Shown here: positions 1-12,284 of the stretch, one piece after another
Layout of the letters: each line of letters opens with the position of its first letter
How positions within the stretch are numbered: position 1 is the first letter of the stretch
The notes under the pieces: model-generated
Databases searched by the model: none
Told to the model about the DNA's origin: nothing
Seen by the model: the letters and a program-made list of their open reading frames with translations, nothing else
NCBI GenBank assembly: GCA_963514005.1
Contig: OY740783.1
Coordinates: 5,952,001 to 6,016,000, forward strand
DNA from: Raja brachyura
Lineage: Eukaryota
Length of the DNA stretch: 64,000 bases
Reading direction: 5' to 3'
Program-made: the position numbers and the translations under genes

Positions 1-1365
1 CTATATACCAACTTCCATCCGGCACTCAAATATACTTGGACCATTTCCAACTTCCATCCGGCACTCAAATATACTTGGACCATTTCCGACATTTCCCTAC
101 CATTCCTTGACCTCACCATCTCTATTGCAGGTGATACACTCCTGACTGACATCCACTACAAACCAACTGACTCCCACAGCTACCTGGACTACTCTTCCTC
201 CCACCCTGCTTCCTGTAAGGACTCCATCCCCTATTCCCAATTCCTCCGTCTACGCCGCATCTGCTCCCAGGATGACGTGTTCCACACCAGGTCATCGCAA
301 ATGTCCTCGTTCTTCAGAGAACGGGGTTTCCCCTCCCCCACTATAGATGAGGCTCGCACCAGGGTCTCCTCCATACCCCGCAACACTGCCCTCTCTCCCC
401 ATTCCCCCACTCACAACAAGGGCCGAGTCCCCCTGGTCCTCACCTTTCACCCCACCAGCCAGCGCATACAACAGATAGTCCTCCGCCAGTTTCGTCACCT
501 CCAACGTGACCCCTCCACTCGCCACATCTTCCCATCTCCCCCCCTGTCTGCCTTCCGCAAAGACCGCTCCCTCCGCAACTCCCTCGTCAATTCTTCCCTT
601 CCCTCCCGCTCCACTCCTTCCCCGGGCACTTTCCCTTGCAACCGCAAGAGATGCTACACTTGTCCCTTCACCTCCCCCATCCACTCCTTTCAGGGACCCA
701 AGCAGTCATTCCAAGTCCGACAGAGGTTCACCTGCACCTCCTCCAACCTCATCTACTGCATCCGTTGCTCCAGATGCCAGCTGATCTACATCGGTGAGAC
801 CAAGCGGAGGCTGGGCGATCGTTTCGCCGAACACCTCCGCTCGGTCCGCAATAACCAACCCGACCTCCCGGTGGCTCAGCACTTCAACTCCCCCTCCCAC
901 TGCGTATCCGACCTCTCGGTCCTGGGCCTCCTCCACGGCCAGAGTGATCAACACCGCAAGTTGGAGGAACAGCACCTCATATTCCGCTTGGGGAGTCTGC
1001 ATCCTCTGGGCTTAAACATTGAATTTTCTCAATTCTGTTAACCCAGACTGCCTCCCCCCCACCTCTCCCTCAGCCCTCTGGCCCTGACATTCCTTCTCCA
1101 TCTCCCCCCCCCCCCCCCCAGTCGCACTAGCTTCTCATTTTCACACCACAAACAGCTTACAATGGCCTGCTTCCTTTATCACCAATACTTTTTTGCATAT
1201 CTTTCACTCATTGTTCCTTATCTCTCCACATCACTGTTTATATCTCTCGTTTCCCTGATCCCTGACCAGTCTGAAGAAGGGTCTCGACCCGAAACGTCGC
1301 CTATCTCCTTCGCTCCTTAGATGCTGCTGCACCCGCTGAGTTTCTCCAGCTTTTTGTGTAACCCT
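1..1365 (+). mobile_element. Penelope-like retroelement 3' part (RT C-terminus, GIY-YIG endonuclease, 3' repeat)
   Basis: ORF 277-1041 has IYCIRCSRC..YIGET.R.L.DRF.EH....PVAQHF, a PLE GIY-YIG domain. Upstream DNA encodes LPFLD...YKPTDSHSYLDY-type RT thumb. The downstream repeat carries a hammerhead core. Confidence 0.88.
1268..1301 (+). ncRNA. Minimal hammerhead ribozyme-like motif (PLE type)
   Basis: CTGAAGA-a-GGGT(CTCG)ACCC-GAAAC-GTC; predicted cleavage after C1298. Confidence 0.6.
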
Positions 1366-1519
1366 AGATATACTATACATCTTGGATCTAACAGAATCAA
1401 GGGATATCGGGAGAAAGCAGGAACGGGGTAATGATTTTGGATGATCAGCCATGATCATATGGAATGGCGGTGCTGGCTCGAAAGGCCGAATGGCCCCTAT
1501 TTTCTATGTTTCTATATTT

Positions 1520-1935
1520 TACTCACGTGTTCTAATCTGCTTCTGCACTGATATCGATTAACCTGCGAAATTAAATCTTTGTAAATAATTTGCTGGCCTC
1601 TGTGATTTTATGTTAAAAAAAAATCTACATTTAGGAGACATAGAGCCTAAACTGACTTAAGTCTGGAGACTCTTTCTTCGTGGGAATGAAAATCCCCCCT
1701 GCCCTCCTCCAAACCCTTGGTATGACCTGCTTCTGCCAAACTATTCGCAAAAGCGTCTGCGAGAATCTAAGCACATCAGGTGCACGTTTATATGCTTGGT
1801 AAGAGACTCAACTCGGCCCTGGAGCTGAATAAGCCTTTTCACGCCATATTACTCCTTTAACTTCGGTGGCAAAACATCTAACATATGCTCTATCTCTCCT
1901 AAGGTTGGTAGATCTGGAGGGAACATGGGCCCGAC
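1520..1935 (-). pseudogene. Decayed non-LTR retrotransposon RT fragment (HERO/R2-like)
   Basis: Across frameshifts it reads PPDLP..EHMLDV / SAPGP...YKRAPDVLRF...VWQKQVIPRVWRRAGG / ..SQFR..CLLNV. Recognised from memory of HERO-type RT N-terminal motifs. Confidence 0.55.
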
Positions 1936-3594
1936 ACTGGGCCCTATGACGGCAGGCCCAGTCAGTAATCAAACAACCTAAGGTCCAGAAACACAAAGCA
2001 CACAGAGTTGGTCTTGCATTATGCCACGGAAAGTAGGCCCAATCTCTATTCAAATTACTCTGGGCCCAGTAACTATAGTTGCAGTTACCCTGATAGTGCG
2101 CTGAATGGGCCAAATGCAACCAAATGAGACTAGTCCATGATACCCAACTAGTGGGATGGGTAGATTGCATCGCTTTGTGTCTCCGTGTGGACTATTCTTA
2201 TTTGGGGGGCAATATTCCCTCACTCCTCGCTGTCAAAGGCCGCACCAACGTCCCAGTAAAAGTGTAACCACGATGGGTACGAGGCAAATCGATCTGAACT
2301 AATTTACTATCCGTTGGTGTAATGTGATCCCAGCTAATTCCAGATGCTGACGAATAATTCTTAATGTCTATCCTTGTATCTTGCCCGTTCTAGACTCCAT
2401 ACCCAGAATCATACCCATGTACGTTGCTGGTCTCTCTGACGGTGTTGGCTGCATCAGGTGCACACTCGTTGCTTTGAAACATTTCTTTGAATATTCGACA
2501 GACATATAAGAGGGTGTGTGATATTACTTAGTGCTTGGTGGAGCAGGCAGTTTGTCATCACAACCTATTTGTCGAAGATAGTTACTGTATAAGGGGAGTT
2601 TGCGAAAAGCTTCTCCTGGAACTTTGGCATAAAATGCACTCAAATATATATGACCTTAACTTCATCGTACACCCAAGCACGCAATGACCGCATAATCGAA
2701 GTGATTCCTATTCTACCAACCAGCGATTTGAGAGAAATTATCTTTAGGCGTATTTAGCAGCAGGTGCTGGTTCCTTCGAGAAACAAACTTAGCAAACCAG
2801 GTTCGGCTTTATGTAATTCCGCTTTTATTTATGATTTCACAGAAAGCATATTACAGAGAAGCTTTCAAAAGCATAACACGAAGTGGTCATAATAACTGAA
2901 TTCCACACGGCAACAGGTACACTCAACATTTAGCTCGAGAGTCGAAGATTAGCTCTGAATTATGGAGAGGACAATTGTGCAGAAAAAGGAGTAAAGAGAT
3001 ATTTGCTCATACGCGGAATGTGCGCGCGCGTTTGGATTTTCCTTCGAAGGAATAATGTGGAAGCTTTGGAGAAGATGCAGAAGAGGTTTACTAGAATGCT
3101 GCAGGGGTTTAGAGTTGTTAGCTACAAGAAGTGGTGAGCTAAACATGGATTGTTTTCTTTGGAGCTTCGGAGGGAGGTTGAAGGAGGACCCGATAGAAGT
3201 TTTTGGAATAATGACATTGACAGGCGTAGAGAGTGTGTCTGAATTTAACATGAAGTTTGTGATGTAACGCAATTCTATACAACGGCATTCAACACCGGAA
3301 TGACACGAATTTGGCCCATGTAAAGAAAAGAGAATGTAGAGAAAAAAATTTAAAAAACAACATGTATACCGTTTGAGAAAACCGACTCATTTTCACATGA
3401 TATTCAAATTACGATTACAATTTGATACATTAACGCTATACTAATGGCAACTAAACAATATACAACAAGTCCGATCGACAGAAAGAAGTATTGCTTATCA
3501 TATTGTCCGTTTCAGATTGGAACATTTCCCTTGGTTACAACGGATATTGTCCATAGGCCGGTCAGAAAAATACCCGGTTTTCAACATTCAATCG

Positions 3595-3603
3595 TCACTT
3601 GAC
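3595..3603 (-). CDS. IGHM: IgM TM2 exon (VK-stop), completing the KVK cytoplasmic tail
   Basis: Strong polypyrimidine acceptor ttctctccctctctttacag|GTC AAG TGA. Confidence 0.9.
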   Translation of the reverse strand, partial: VK

Positions 3604-3627
3604 CTGTAAAGAGAGGGAGAGAATATG

Positions 3628-4070
3628 GGACGTCAGGACTTTCATATGAAGAAAGACTGGATAGACTCGGCTTGTACTCGCTAGAATTTAGAAGATTGAG
3701 GGGGGATCTTATAGAAACTTACAAAATTCTTAAGGGGTTGGACTGGCGAGATGCAGGAAGATTGTTCCCGATGTTGGGGAGGTCCAGGACAAGGGGTCAC
3801 AATTTAAGGATAAGGGGGAAGTCTTTTAGGACCGAGATGAGAAAAACATTTTTCACACAGAGAGTGGTGGGTCTCTGGAATTCTCCGCCACAGAAGGTGG
3901 TTGAGGCCAGTTGAGGGAGTTAGATGTGGTCCTTGTGGCTAGAGGGATCAGGGGGTATGGAGAGAAGGCAGGTATAGGATACTGAGTTGGATGATCATAT
4001 TGAAAAGCGGTACAGGCTCGAAGGGCCGAATGGCCGACTCCTGCACCTATTTTCTATGTTTCTATGTTTG
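3628..4070 (+). mobile_element. CR1 LINE 3' fragment inside the TM1-TM2 intron
   Basis: YSLEFRRLRGDLIETYKILKG...RTRGH...WNS; (TTCTATGT)n tail. Confidence 0.9.
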
Positions 4071-4187
4071 TAATATGAAAGTGCATTAGCAGTCTGTGAC
4101 GAAGATGCCAGGGCCTTCAAAGAGTACGATAATCGATATTTTGCCCGACTCTTCAATCGGGTGGAAAAGTAAGTGGAATGAACTCGC

Positions 4188-4315
4188 CTTCACCAGAGTT
4201 ACGGCAGCGCCGTAGGAAATGCTCAGGAAGAACAGGATAATGAATGTGGAAGCGGTTGTCCAGATGTTGTCTCTGTCTTCCTCATAGTCCTCAATACGAA
4301 CGTCGTCGGCGTAAT
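4188..4315 (-). CDS. IGHM: IgM transmembrane exon TM1
   Basis: Acceptor ttgcgtag. DYADDVRIEDYEEDRDNIWTTASTFIILFFLSISYGAAVTLVK has the acidic spacer and antigen-receptor TM motif. Not in the ORF track. Ends at a non-canonical GCGAGT donor. Confidence 0.95.
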
Positions 4316-4959
4316 CTACGCAAAGCAGAACGCGAAGACATTCACAGTGTTTTCTTATATATTACATTGTATTTTATTTATTACTTACCAAAATAATACG
4401 AATATTAATATTGGGGATATTAATTTACTATGAACTGTTTTTACGCTGAGGTAATCACCCTCAATAAATATATACAAAATCATGACCATTTGTAGCCACA
4501 GCAGCTAATAAAGAACCGTTTATGAATAGTTTTAGAGAAAGCCATGTGTATGTATATTTCTGGGATTAATTGTTCATTTTATAAACGTCCGCTTCCCATT
4601 AATATAATTTTCTAACCGAGATGATATAAAAATGGAAACTGGTTATTGCTTACAATGTTATCAGATAAACCTTTATTTGGAGTTGGCGACCGGACCTCGG
4701 CGAAGGAACTCACTGAACGCAAACATTGCCATAATTCCCACATTAGAACCCTGTTGTCTGATGTATCCTGTTTTCGGATAGGTAATGGAGGAAGGCTTGT
4801 CTACAAAAATAGCTTTAAACTATTTAATAGGCAATACTTTTTCTGGTGTAAAATATGGAGCATGAATTAATCTACGGTTACACTTAGTCTTTTGGAACGC
4901 GTGGAAAACTACTGGTTAAATGATCTGAATTGCCCTTGCCTTTGCCTGTAACTGGGTAG

Positions 4960-7145
4960 ACGTGNNNNNNNNNNNNNNNNNNNNNNNNNNNNNNNNNNNN
5001 NNNNNNNNNNNNNNNNNNNNNNNNNNNNNNNNNNNNNNNNNNNNNNNNNNNNNNNNNNNNNNNNNNNNNNNNNNNNNNNNNNNNNNNNNNNNNNNNNNNN
5101 NNNNNNNNNNNNNNNNNNNNNNNNNNNNNNNNNNNNNNNNNNNNNNNNNNNNNNNNNNNNNNNNNNNCGTGTGAGTATGACTGTGATTGTGAGTGTGTGC
5201 CTGTGTATGTGAGTGTGATTGTGAGTGTGTGCCTGTGTGCGTGAGTGTGATTGTGAGTGTGTGTGCATGTGTGTGTGTGTGAGTATGTGAGTGTGCGCGT
5301 GCGCGTGTGAGTGTGATTGTGAGTGTGTGCCTGTGTATGTGTGTGTGTGTGTGAGTGGGTGCGTGTGTGTATNNNNNNNNNNNNNNNNNNNNNNNNNNNN
5401 NNNNNNNNNNNNNNNNNNNNNNNNNNNNNNNNNNNNNNNNNNNNNNNNNNNNNNNNNNNNNNNNNNNNNNNNNNNNNNNNNNNNNNNNNNNNNNNNNNNN
5501 NNNNNNNNNNNNNNNNNNNNNNNNNNNNNNNNNNNNNNNNNNNNNNNNNNNNNNNNNNNNNNNNNNNNNNNNNNNNNNNNNNNNNNNNNNNNNNNNNNCG
5601 TAGTTGTAGAAAATCTATTTCAACATCAATCAGGATTTGTGAAGAAGAAAAATATTATACGAGTCAATATATCTGCTACCGTGTATTGGCACGGGAAATT
5701 TGCTGTGAAGGTCCATTGGTATTAAAGTGAGCGTCTAAATGTATTTGTGTTGTATTCATGTGTTTTATTTTGTGTAAATATGCGCTTTTAGATAACCGTT
5801 CCTATTATTTTGCATTTCACAGAATGTTTGATTACTGGCCTGTTTAGGTGGATGTCCATGTGCTATGGTGTATATATGTCGTTAATTGTGTTTTATGTAT
5901 GTTTCTATGCGACCCATAAATTATTTTATTTTCGTGCGCTGGCTGATGTTTTGTGATTAGTGTGCTCCGTGTACTTCTGGGGGAGAGCTGGAAACGGAGT
6001 TGCCCTTGTCTAACGCTCGAGCCGGGTGCTATTAAATCCCTCGCCGCATCTGATATTGGGCTCGAAGTTCGTGTTCTCACCAGCCGCTCAGACCGGTGAT
6101 CCCATCAATCGCCTGCACACACTATCAGGGGCGATGACCGTTTATTAAGTGAGCGCCACAGTATTCTCGACCCGAAATTAAACAGCCCACTTCTTCATGG
6201 GAATAATCTATTCTGCTGACACTTTATTCCTGAGCTTTCAAGTTGCACTTAGTTGTACTTGGAATTACGTTGCTTTCATTTTTATCATTTAATGGAGGCC
6301 AAATCACTGGATGGATTTAAGAGAGTTGGATAGAGCTCTCGGGGCTAGTGGAGTCAAGGGATATGTGGAGAAGGCAGGCACGGGTTATTGATAGCGGACT
6401 ATCAGCCATGATCACAATGAATGGCGGTGCTGGCTCGAAGGGCCGAATGGCCTCCTCCTGCACCTATTTTCTATGTTTCTAAAAATAAATTGGATAGGTA
6501 TATGGACGGGAAAGGAATGGAGGGTTATGGTCTGACTGCAGGTAGATGGGACTAGGTGAGAGTAAGTGTTCGGCACGGACTAGAAGGGCCGAGATGGCCT
6601 GTTTCCGTGCTGTAATTGTTATATGGTTATTGCATTGATATCGGCTGTTTGGACTCTGCGTTCCAGAAGACTTTCAGCGATAACATTGTCTTTTCATTAA
6701 TATATGGAGGTTCCACTCTCATTCCTTATTTTTGGGCGTGTTTGTGTGTGTGTGTGTGTGCCTGCGTGTGTATGAGTGTGCTTGTGCATGTGCTTGTGTG
6801 TATGTGTGCCTGTGTGTGTGAGTGCGTGTGTGCGCGCGTGTGAGTTTGATTGTGAGTGTGTGCCTGTGTATGTNNNNNNNNNNNNNNNNNNNNNNNNNNN
6901 NNNNNNNNNNNNNNNNNNNNNNNNNNNNNNNNNNNNNNNNNNNNNNNNNNNNNNNNNNNNNNNNNNNNNNNNNNNNNNNNNNNNNNNNNNNNNNNNNNNN
7001 NNNNNNNNNNNNNNNNNNNNNNNNNNNNNNNCAGGCGTAGTTGTAGAAAATCTATTTCAACATCAATCAGCATTTGTGAAGAAGAAAAATAAGTGTGTGT
7101 GTGTTAGTATGTGTGTGTGTGTGTGTGTGTGTGAGTGTGTGTGTT
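4960..7145. repeat. (GT)n-rich microsatellite region with three N gaps and a CR1 3' fragment (~6292-6630)
   Basis: Visible directly in the sequence. A ~55-bp block (cgtagttgtagaaaatc...) occurs at both ~5599 and ~7036. Confidence 0.85.
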
Positions 7146-7660
7146 TATATTGTTAATCCTCGTGCAATTGTGCAAATATGTTGAGTACATGGCACTATGT
7201 AAACGTTTCACGTGATTATGCAGATGGGCGTTCACACAATGAGACATTGAATGTGGATTTCAATCCATATGTGGAAATAGAAATGTGTGCAGAAATATGC
7301 GTGACAGACGCATGGCAAATTACAAGTTCCCCTCATGCGGGCGGAAGAGGACGAGTTGCTACGACGTCTCACATCCTGCCTCGGATCTGAATGGATTGGA
7401 AACAGGAGAAGGAGAGAAATGGAGATCCACAGACATGGACCCATATCTGCCCAGCAAGAGCAATAATGTTGAAGTGAGTCCGCTATTCGTGCAGCTGTGA
7501 CTTATCTCCCAAACCCCGATGTTACTGTGTGTGCAGTCTGCATCCGTTTTCCGTGAATGGTCGGCAAGATTTTCAAGTATCAACGTCATCGTTTTGGCAA
7601 ATGTTCTGTATAATTAATTGGGTGGCCATGTGTTCAGCTCAAGATTGGAAGTTAAATGTA

Positions 7661-7676
7661 TTTATTAGTATTTATT
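7661..7676 (-). terminator. Polyadenylation signals for the secretory mu mRNA
   Basis: Two AATAAA on the minus strand (7671-7676 and 7661-7666), about 30-40 nt after the secretory stop. Confidence 0.75.
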
Positions 7677-7703
7677 TCAGAGAAAATTGAAACTAATTCA
7701 TTC

Positions 7704-8095
7704 TTATTGACAGGAATTGACAGTGTCCATCAATACAAGGGAAACGTTGACAAAACTGGGTTTACCGCTAGACTTATTGACCGTTCTGACGATGGTCTTC
7801 ATGGGGAGTGCTTCGTGCCCCACCAGACAGGAGAAGGAGGCTCCGCTAGCCCACTCCGCTGCCCCAACGGATAACAGGCTGTAGGTGAAGAATGTGTCAT
7901 TGCCGTTCTCCGCCACCACCTCGGTGTTCTTGTACTTGCTCCAATGCACCCGCTTGTCATCATGCATCCACGTTACGAAGACCCTGCGAGGGGAGAATCC
8001 TCTCACAAAGCAGGTGAGGGTGATAGTCTTGTGCGCGGAGATCTCTTCTGTCGGCGGCAGAAGGACTGAGACGGACGGTGTCAGCAGATGTTGAC
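7704..8095 (-). CDS. IGHM: IgM Cmu4 exon plus secretory tailpiece
   Basis: PSVSVLLPP...[11 protein letters not shown]...[11 protein letters not shown]...[24 protein letters not shown], with penultimate Cys and an N-glycosylation site in the tail. Internal donor AGCG|GTAAA after 7766 serves the membrane form. Confidence 0.97.
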
Positions 8096-8127
8096 CTACG
8101 GGACAATTCAAATGGCGTTTATTTATT

Positions 8128-9010
8128 TGGGAGGTTTCACGGCAGTCGGGTCACGACCCGTGACCCGTACCGTTGCCGCGCCACGCCAACTGGAGTACAC
8201 ACGATGAACTGCAGGTAAGCACTGGCCATTGTTTCCAGCGTAGCGGGCCCGTTAAAACCCACCAAAATGGTCCATTTCTGCGCTGTAAATAATTATGGAA
8301 ATTGGGATAAGCGCGAGAGACATTTAGCCTACTTCAGAATTCCAAAAGTGAGGAGAAATGACGGTAGATAGAAGCGAGAGCTGAAGGGACAACAACAGTC
8401 CGAGTGCTTGGCGAACATTGGCCGTTTGCTCACTGCATTTCATCAACTACGGTATTATTTGTGTTTTTTCTTGATTCCTTTGGCATCTAAAAAGTTTCCG
8501 AAGTGATAAATCTGGCTGTAAAATTTTAAAATCGCCCATGGTTCTCAAGTGGGTTTTTACATATGAAAAGAAAACGCCTCTGAAGTAAAATTTACAGCCA
8601 GGTTTATCACTTCTGAGACTTTTTAGATACCAAAGGAATCAAGAAAAACCACAAATAATGCCTTACTGTTGATGAAATGCAGTGAGCAAACGCGAGAATT
8701 CCCAATATTTTAAAATTCTGATATCTGCACGGCCAATGTTCGCCAAGCACTTTAGCTGTTGTTGTCCCTTCAGCTCTCGCTTCTCTTTACCTTCATTTCG
8801 CTTCACCTTTGGAATTCTGAAGTTGGGTACGTGTCCCTCACGCTTGCCCCGACTTCCACAATTTCTTGCAGCGCAAAATTCAACATTTTGGCGGTTTTTA
8901 ACAGGTAGGAAAGTGTGCATTAATAACATGTACCGGAAGCTGTGATGTCCTCCAGATGGATTGAGTGGCTCCGTGCGTCAAGCCCAGTGACCTTACGTGC
9001 AACCCCCCTA
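8128..9010. mobile_element. Long palindromic non-autonomous DNA transposon/MITE-like element
   Basis: Inverted arms ~8250-8526 and ~8586-8905. Imperfect terminal IRs GGGAGGTTTCACG / CGTGCAACCCCCC. Confidence 0.7.
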
Positions 9011-9104
9011 TTAACGGTATTACATTCCCCTTTTGTGACGTCTCTTTGTTCAGACATATACACCCGAATGTGTGTCTCCCCTTTGCACGGGAGAAGATTT
9101 GTAT

Positions 9105-10135
9105 GAAATGGGAAGTGTCAGTGATGCAGTTGAACAAAGGGGACTATGTAGGCAGGAGGGAGGAGCAGGCTAAGGTAGACTGGAAAGGGATCCCAGCAGG
9201 AATGACGGTGGAACACCAATGGCAGGAATTTCTGGGCAAAATCCGGAAGACACAGGATCACTTCATTCCAAAAAGAAAGAAAGATTCCAAGGAGAGTAGG
9301 AGGCAACTGTGGATGACAAGAGAAGTTAGGGATAGAATAAGACTAAAAGGAAAAAAATGTATAACACAGCAAAGAGTAGCCGGAAGCCAGAGGATTGTGA
9401 AAATTTCATAGGACAACAGAAGGAAACAAAATGGGCAATACGGGCTGAAAAGATGAAGTACGAGAGGAAGCTGGCCAGGAATATAAAGAAGAACAGTAAA
9501 AGCTTCTTTAGATATTTTAAGGGAAAAAGAGTAGCAAAGTCAAATGTGGGTCCCTTGAAGGCAGACACGGGTGAAATTATTATGGGGAACAAGGAAATGG
9601 CAGAAGAGTTGAACAGGATCTGTCTTCATTAAGGAAGACACAAACAAACTCCCAGATGTACTGGAGGACAGTGGATCTAAGGGGGTAGAGGAACTGAAAG
9701 AAATGTTCATTAGGTGAGAAATAGTATTGGGTAGGCTAATGGGACTGAAGGATGATAAATCCCCTGGGCCTGATGGTCTGCATCCCAGGGTCCTCAGGGA
9801 GGCGGCTCTCGAAATAGTGGAACCATTGGTGATCATTTTCCAATTTTCAATAGATTCAGGATCAGTTCCTGTGGATTGGAGGATAGCTAAGTTATCCCAC
9901 ATTTCAAGAAAGGAGCGAGATAGAAAATGAGGAATTACAGACCAGTTAGCCTGATTTCGGTGGTGGGGAAGATGCTGGAGTCAATTATTAAAGAGGTAAT
10001 AATGGGGCATTTGGATAGCAGTAAAAGTATTAGTCCAAGTCAACATGGATTTATGAAAGGGAAATCATGCTTGACTAATCTACTGGATTTTTTTGAGGAT
10101 GTGACAAGTAAAATTACCTTTGATAAGGTCCCGCA
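9105..10135 (+). mobile_element. CR1 ORF2 internal fragment (degenerate)
   Basis: KSPGPDGLHPRVL, NYRPVSL, QHGFMKGKSCLTNL motifs with frameshifts. Confidence 0.9.
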
Positions 10136-10255
10136 CTATTTCATTTTGCATAGATATTTCTTCTCCGACGGAGTGATCTCAATCATTAATTTTAGCTTTA
10201 TCTCAGAAAAAAGTGCACCAGTCACCTCTGGCCCACAGAACCTCCCTGCACTCAC

Positions 10256-10558
10256 CTTTCTTCCAGTTGATTTGTTTTGATTTTGGGTACGGCAGATCTA
10301 CATGGCTCACCACACATTCGAAATCATCCCCACTCAGCCAGTCACGAGTCGAAATGTTTACTTTGCTCTCTACGATTTCCCCATGTTCTGTGGACTGGAT
10401 CTCTAATGGCAAAGGCACCTTTATGCGGTTCCAAGATACTGTGATACCGTAAGGTGCATCGGATACCAGACAGATTAACGTCACGGTCATCTCCATTAAC
10501 TCTTGTTCAACAGGTGGTGGAAGGATTGTAATCTTCAGTTCGTCGCAGGGATCATCAT
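10256..10558 (-). CDS. IGHM: IgM Cmu3 exon
   Basis: 303 bp. DDDPCDELKITILPPPVEQ...TLICLVSDAPYGITVSW...NISTRDWLSGDDFECVVSHVDLP. Donor GTGAG. Confidence 0.95.
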
Positions 10559-11020
10559 CTATAGCACAATAATTAATGTGAATATAAGCATTTGCAGGGG
10601 TAATTAGGATGGAAGGTTTACACCAATCATTCGCCCCCAGAACTTTAATGTGTACACGATGGCTTCTGAGTTGTGATTATGGGAACTGTGGTCCTAAATC
10701 ATCTTGAACTGACTCTAGTCTCTGTGCAGAGAACAACACAATGAGTGAAATGAGAGATCGCACCATGGGCTATCGTTTTTTTGTAGACTCATACCTTTAG
10801 TGTCCCTCTCCACTAATACTAGAAGAGTCTCGACCCGAATCGTCACCTGTTCCTTTTTTCTAGAGATGCCTAACCCGCTGTTACTCCGGCATTTTGTGTC
10901 CACTTTCGGTGTAAACCAGCATCAGCACTTCCTTCCTATGTCAATGTCAGTGAAGTTCTACCACTGTGAGCACTAATGTTTACACTAATACCCGAGACAC
11001 ACCACGGATGTATTTCTTAC

Positions 11021-11329
11021 CTTGCCTACTGATATTTTGGCTTTTTATATATTTTCCATGGTTGACTTGGCAGGTATAGACGGCACGTCCGTTCCACTCT
11101 AGAGCTGGGATTGTCAACTGGCTGGTCGCTGAGAAGTTACCGTTAACGTTCACCTGGAAGGCGGGAGAGGTGATGCCAGAATCCACTTGATTTCCATTCT
11201 TCAGCCAGTTCACAGTAAATTTCGCTGGGGTGAAATCGTTGACCAAACACACAGCGATCGCTTTTTTGCTGCGCTTGATTTCATCAAGGGAAGTTACGGT
11301 AATGGTGACGGTTGGATGTACCACAGGTT
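11021..11329 (-). CDS. IGHM: IgM Cmu2 exon
   Basis: Acceptor tctttcag; 309 bp. HPTV...CLVNDFTPAKFTVNWLKNG...FSATSQLTIP...YTCQVNH. Donor GTAAG. Confidence 0.95.
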
Positions 11330-11531
11330 CTGAAAGAAAATAAACTTCATTGGAATTGCTCTAAAACAATCGTCGATTAATATTGACACATTATTTTGAC
11401 CAAAAAAAATAAATCACTTTTTCCGATTAAACGTAGCCACCCACTCACTTGGACTTGCAGAGATGCTGCTAAATTCTTTGTTTATCATGGTACATCGAGT
11501 GCTCGTAAATGGGGAAATTATAGTTCAGTAA

Positions 11532-11799
11532 TGCCCCTGTCCCACTTAGGAAACCTGAACGGAAACCTCTGGAGACTTTGCGCCCTACCCAAGGTTTCCG
11601 TGCGGTTCCCGGAGGTTTTTGTCAGGTTCCCGGAGGTTTTTTCAAATTTGTGAAATAATGGCCGGAATATAGAAGAAGCGGAAACCACTTTCGACCATTA
11701 GGGAGACTGACGAAAACCTCCGGGAACCGCACGGAAACATTGGGTGGGGCGCAAAGTCTTAGAGGCTTCCGTTCTGGTTTCCTAAGATGGACAGGGGCA
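11532..11799. mobile_element. PIF/Harbinger-type MITE
   Basis: ~90-bp TIRs (TGCCCCTGTCC...GGACAGGGGCA) flanked by a TAA target duplication (11529-11531 and 11800-11802). Confidence 0.85.
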
Positions 11800-12284
11800 T
11801 AAGTAGTTTTCACATGGATGTTATGGGCCAACTGTTCTGCTTCTGTCCTCTATGTCTGTGTCTGTGCTTTTAATACCCTTGATAATGTTCTCAACATGAT
11901 GCACTCAGCCGCTTCGATTGTTCGCGAGTTAAAATGTAACTTATCTACGGATAGATCAGTTCCTCGCGATTTATATGAACGTGCTCGTGATGATAATACA
12001 TTTATGAGCACTCTTTTCAAGCTCTCTTCCAAGTCATTTTGGTTTTTTATGATTTTGTAAATGGTGAATTGCCTCGATAATTGAAGCACCGCCTTCCGTT
12101 CCATGCCAAGAACGAACGACAGTGCTTCGGTATTATAAATATCGCTCTCGCCCCTCGGTGCCAGGAAACAAAACTCACCGTTTTATCCAATGAACAACAG
12201 CAGATCGTGTTCAATTTTTTTTTTTTTAAAGCAAAGAGCTGTAATAATTTAGCGGGCAAGGCATATTGCCACTTTCTGTTGAGA

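Noticed and set aside
5599-7090. Duplicated ~55-bp block after two gaps
   Set aside because: Both copies abut N gaps, so an assembly artefact cannot be excluded.
4909-7156. ORFs rich in C/V/H/T and X
   Set aside because: They are translations of (GT)n repeats and N gaps.
7150-7600. E-box-rich stretch in the Cmu4-TM1 intron as an enhancer or extra exon
   Set aside because: The short motifs are compatible with chance, and I found no convincing exon or Ig domain.
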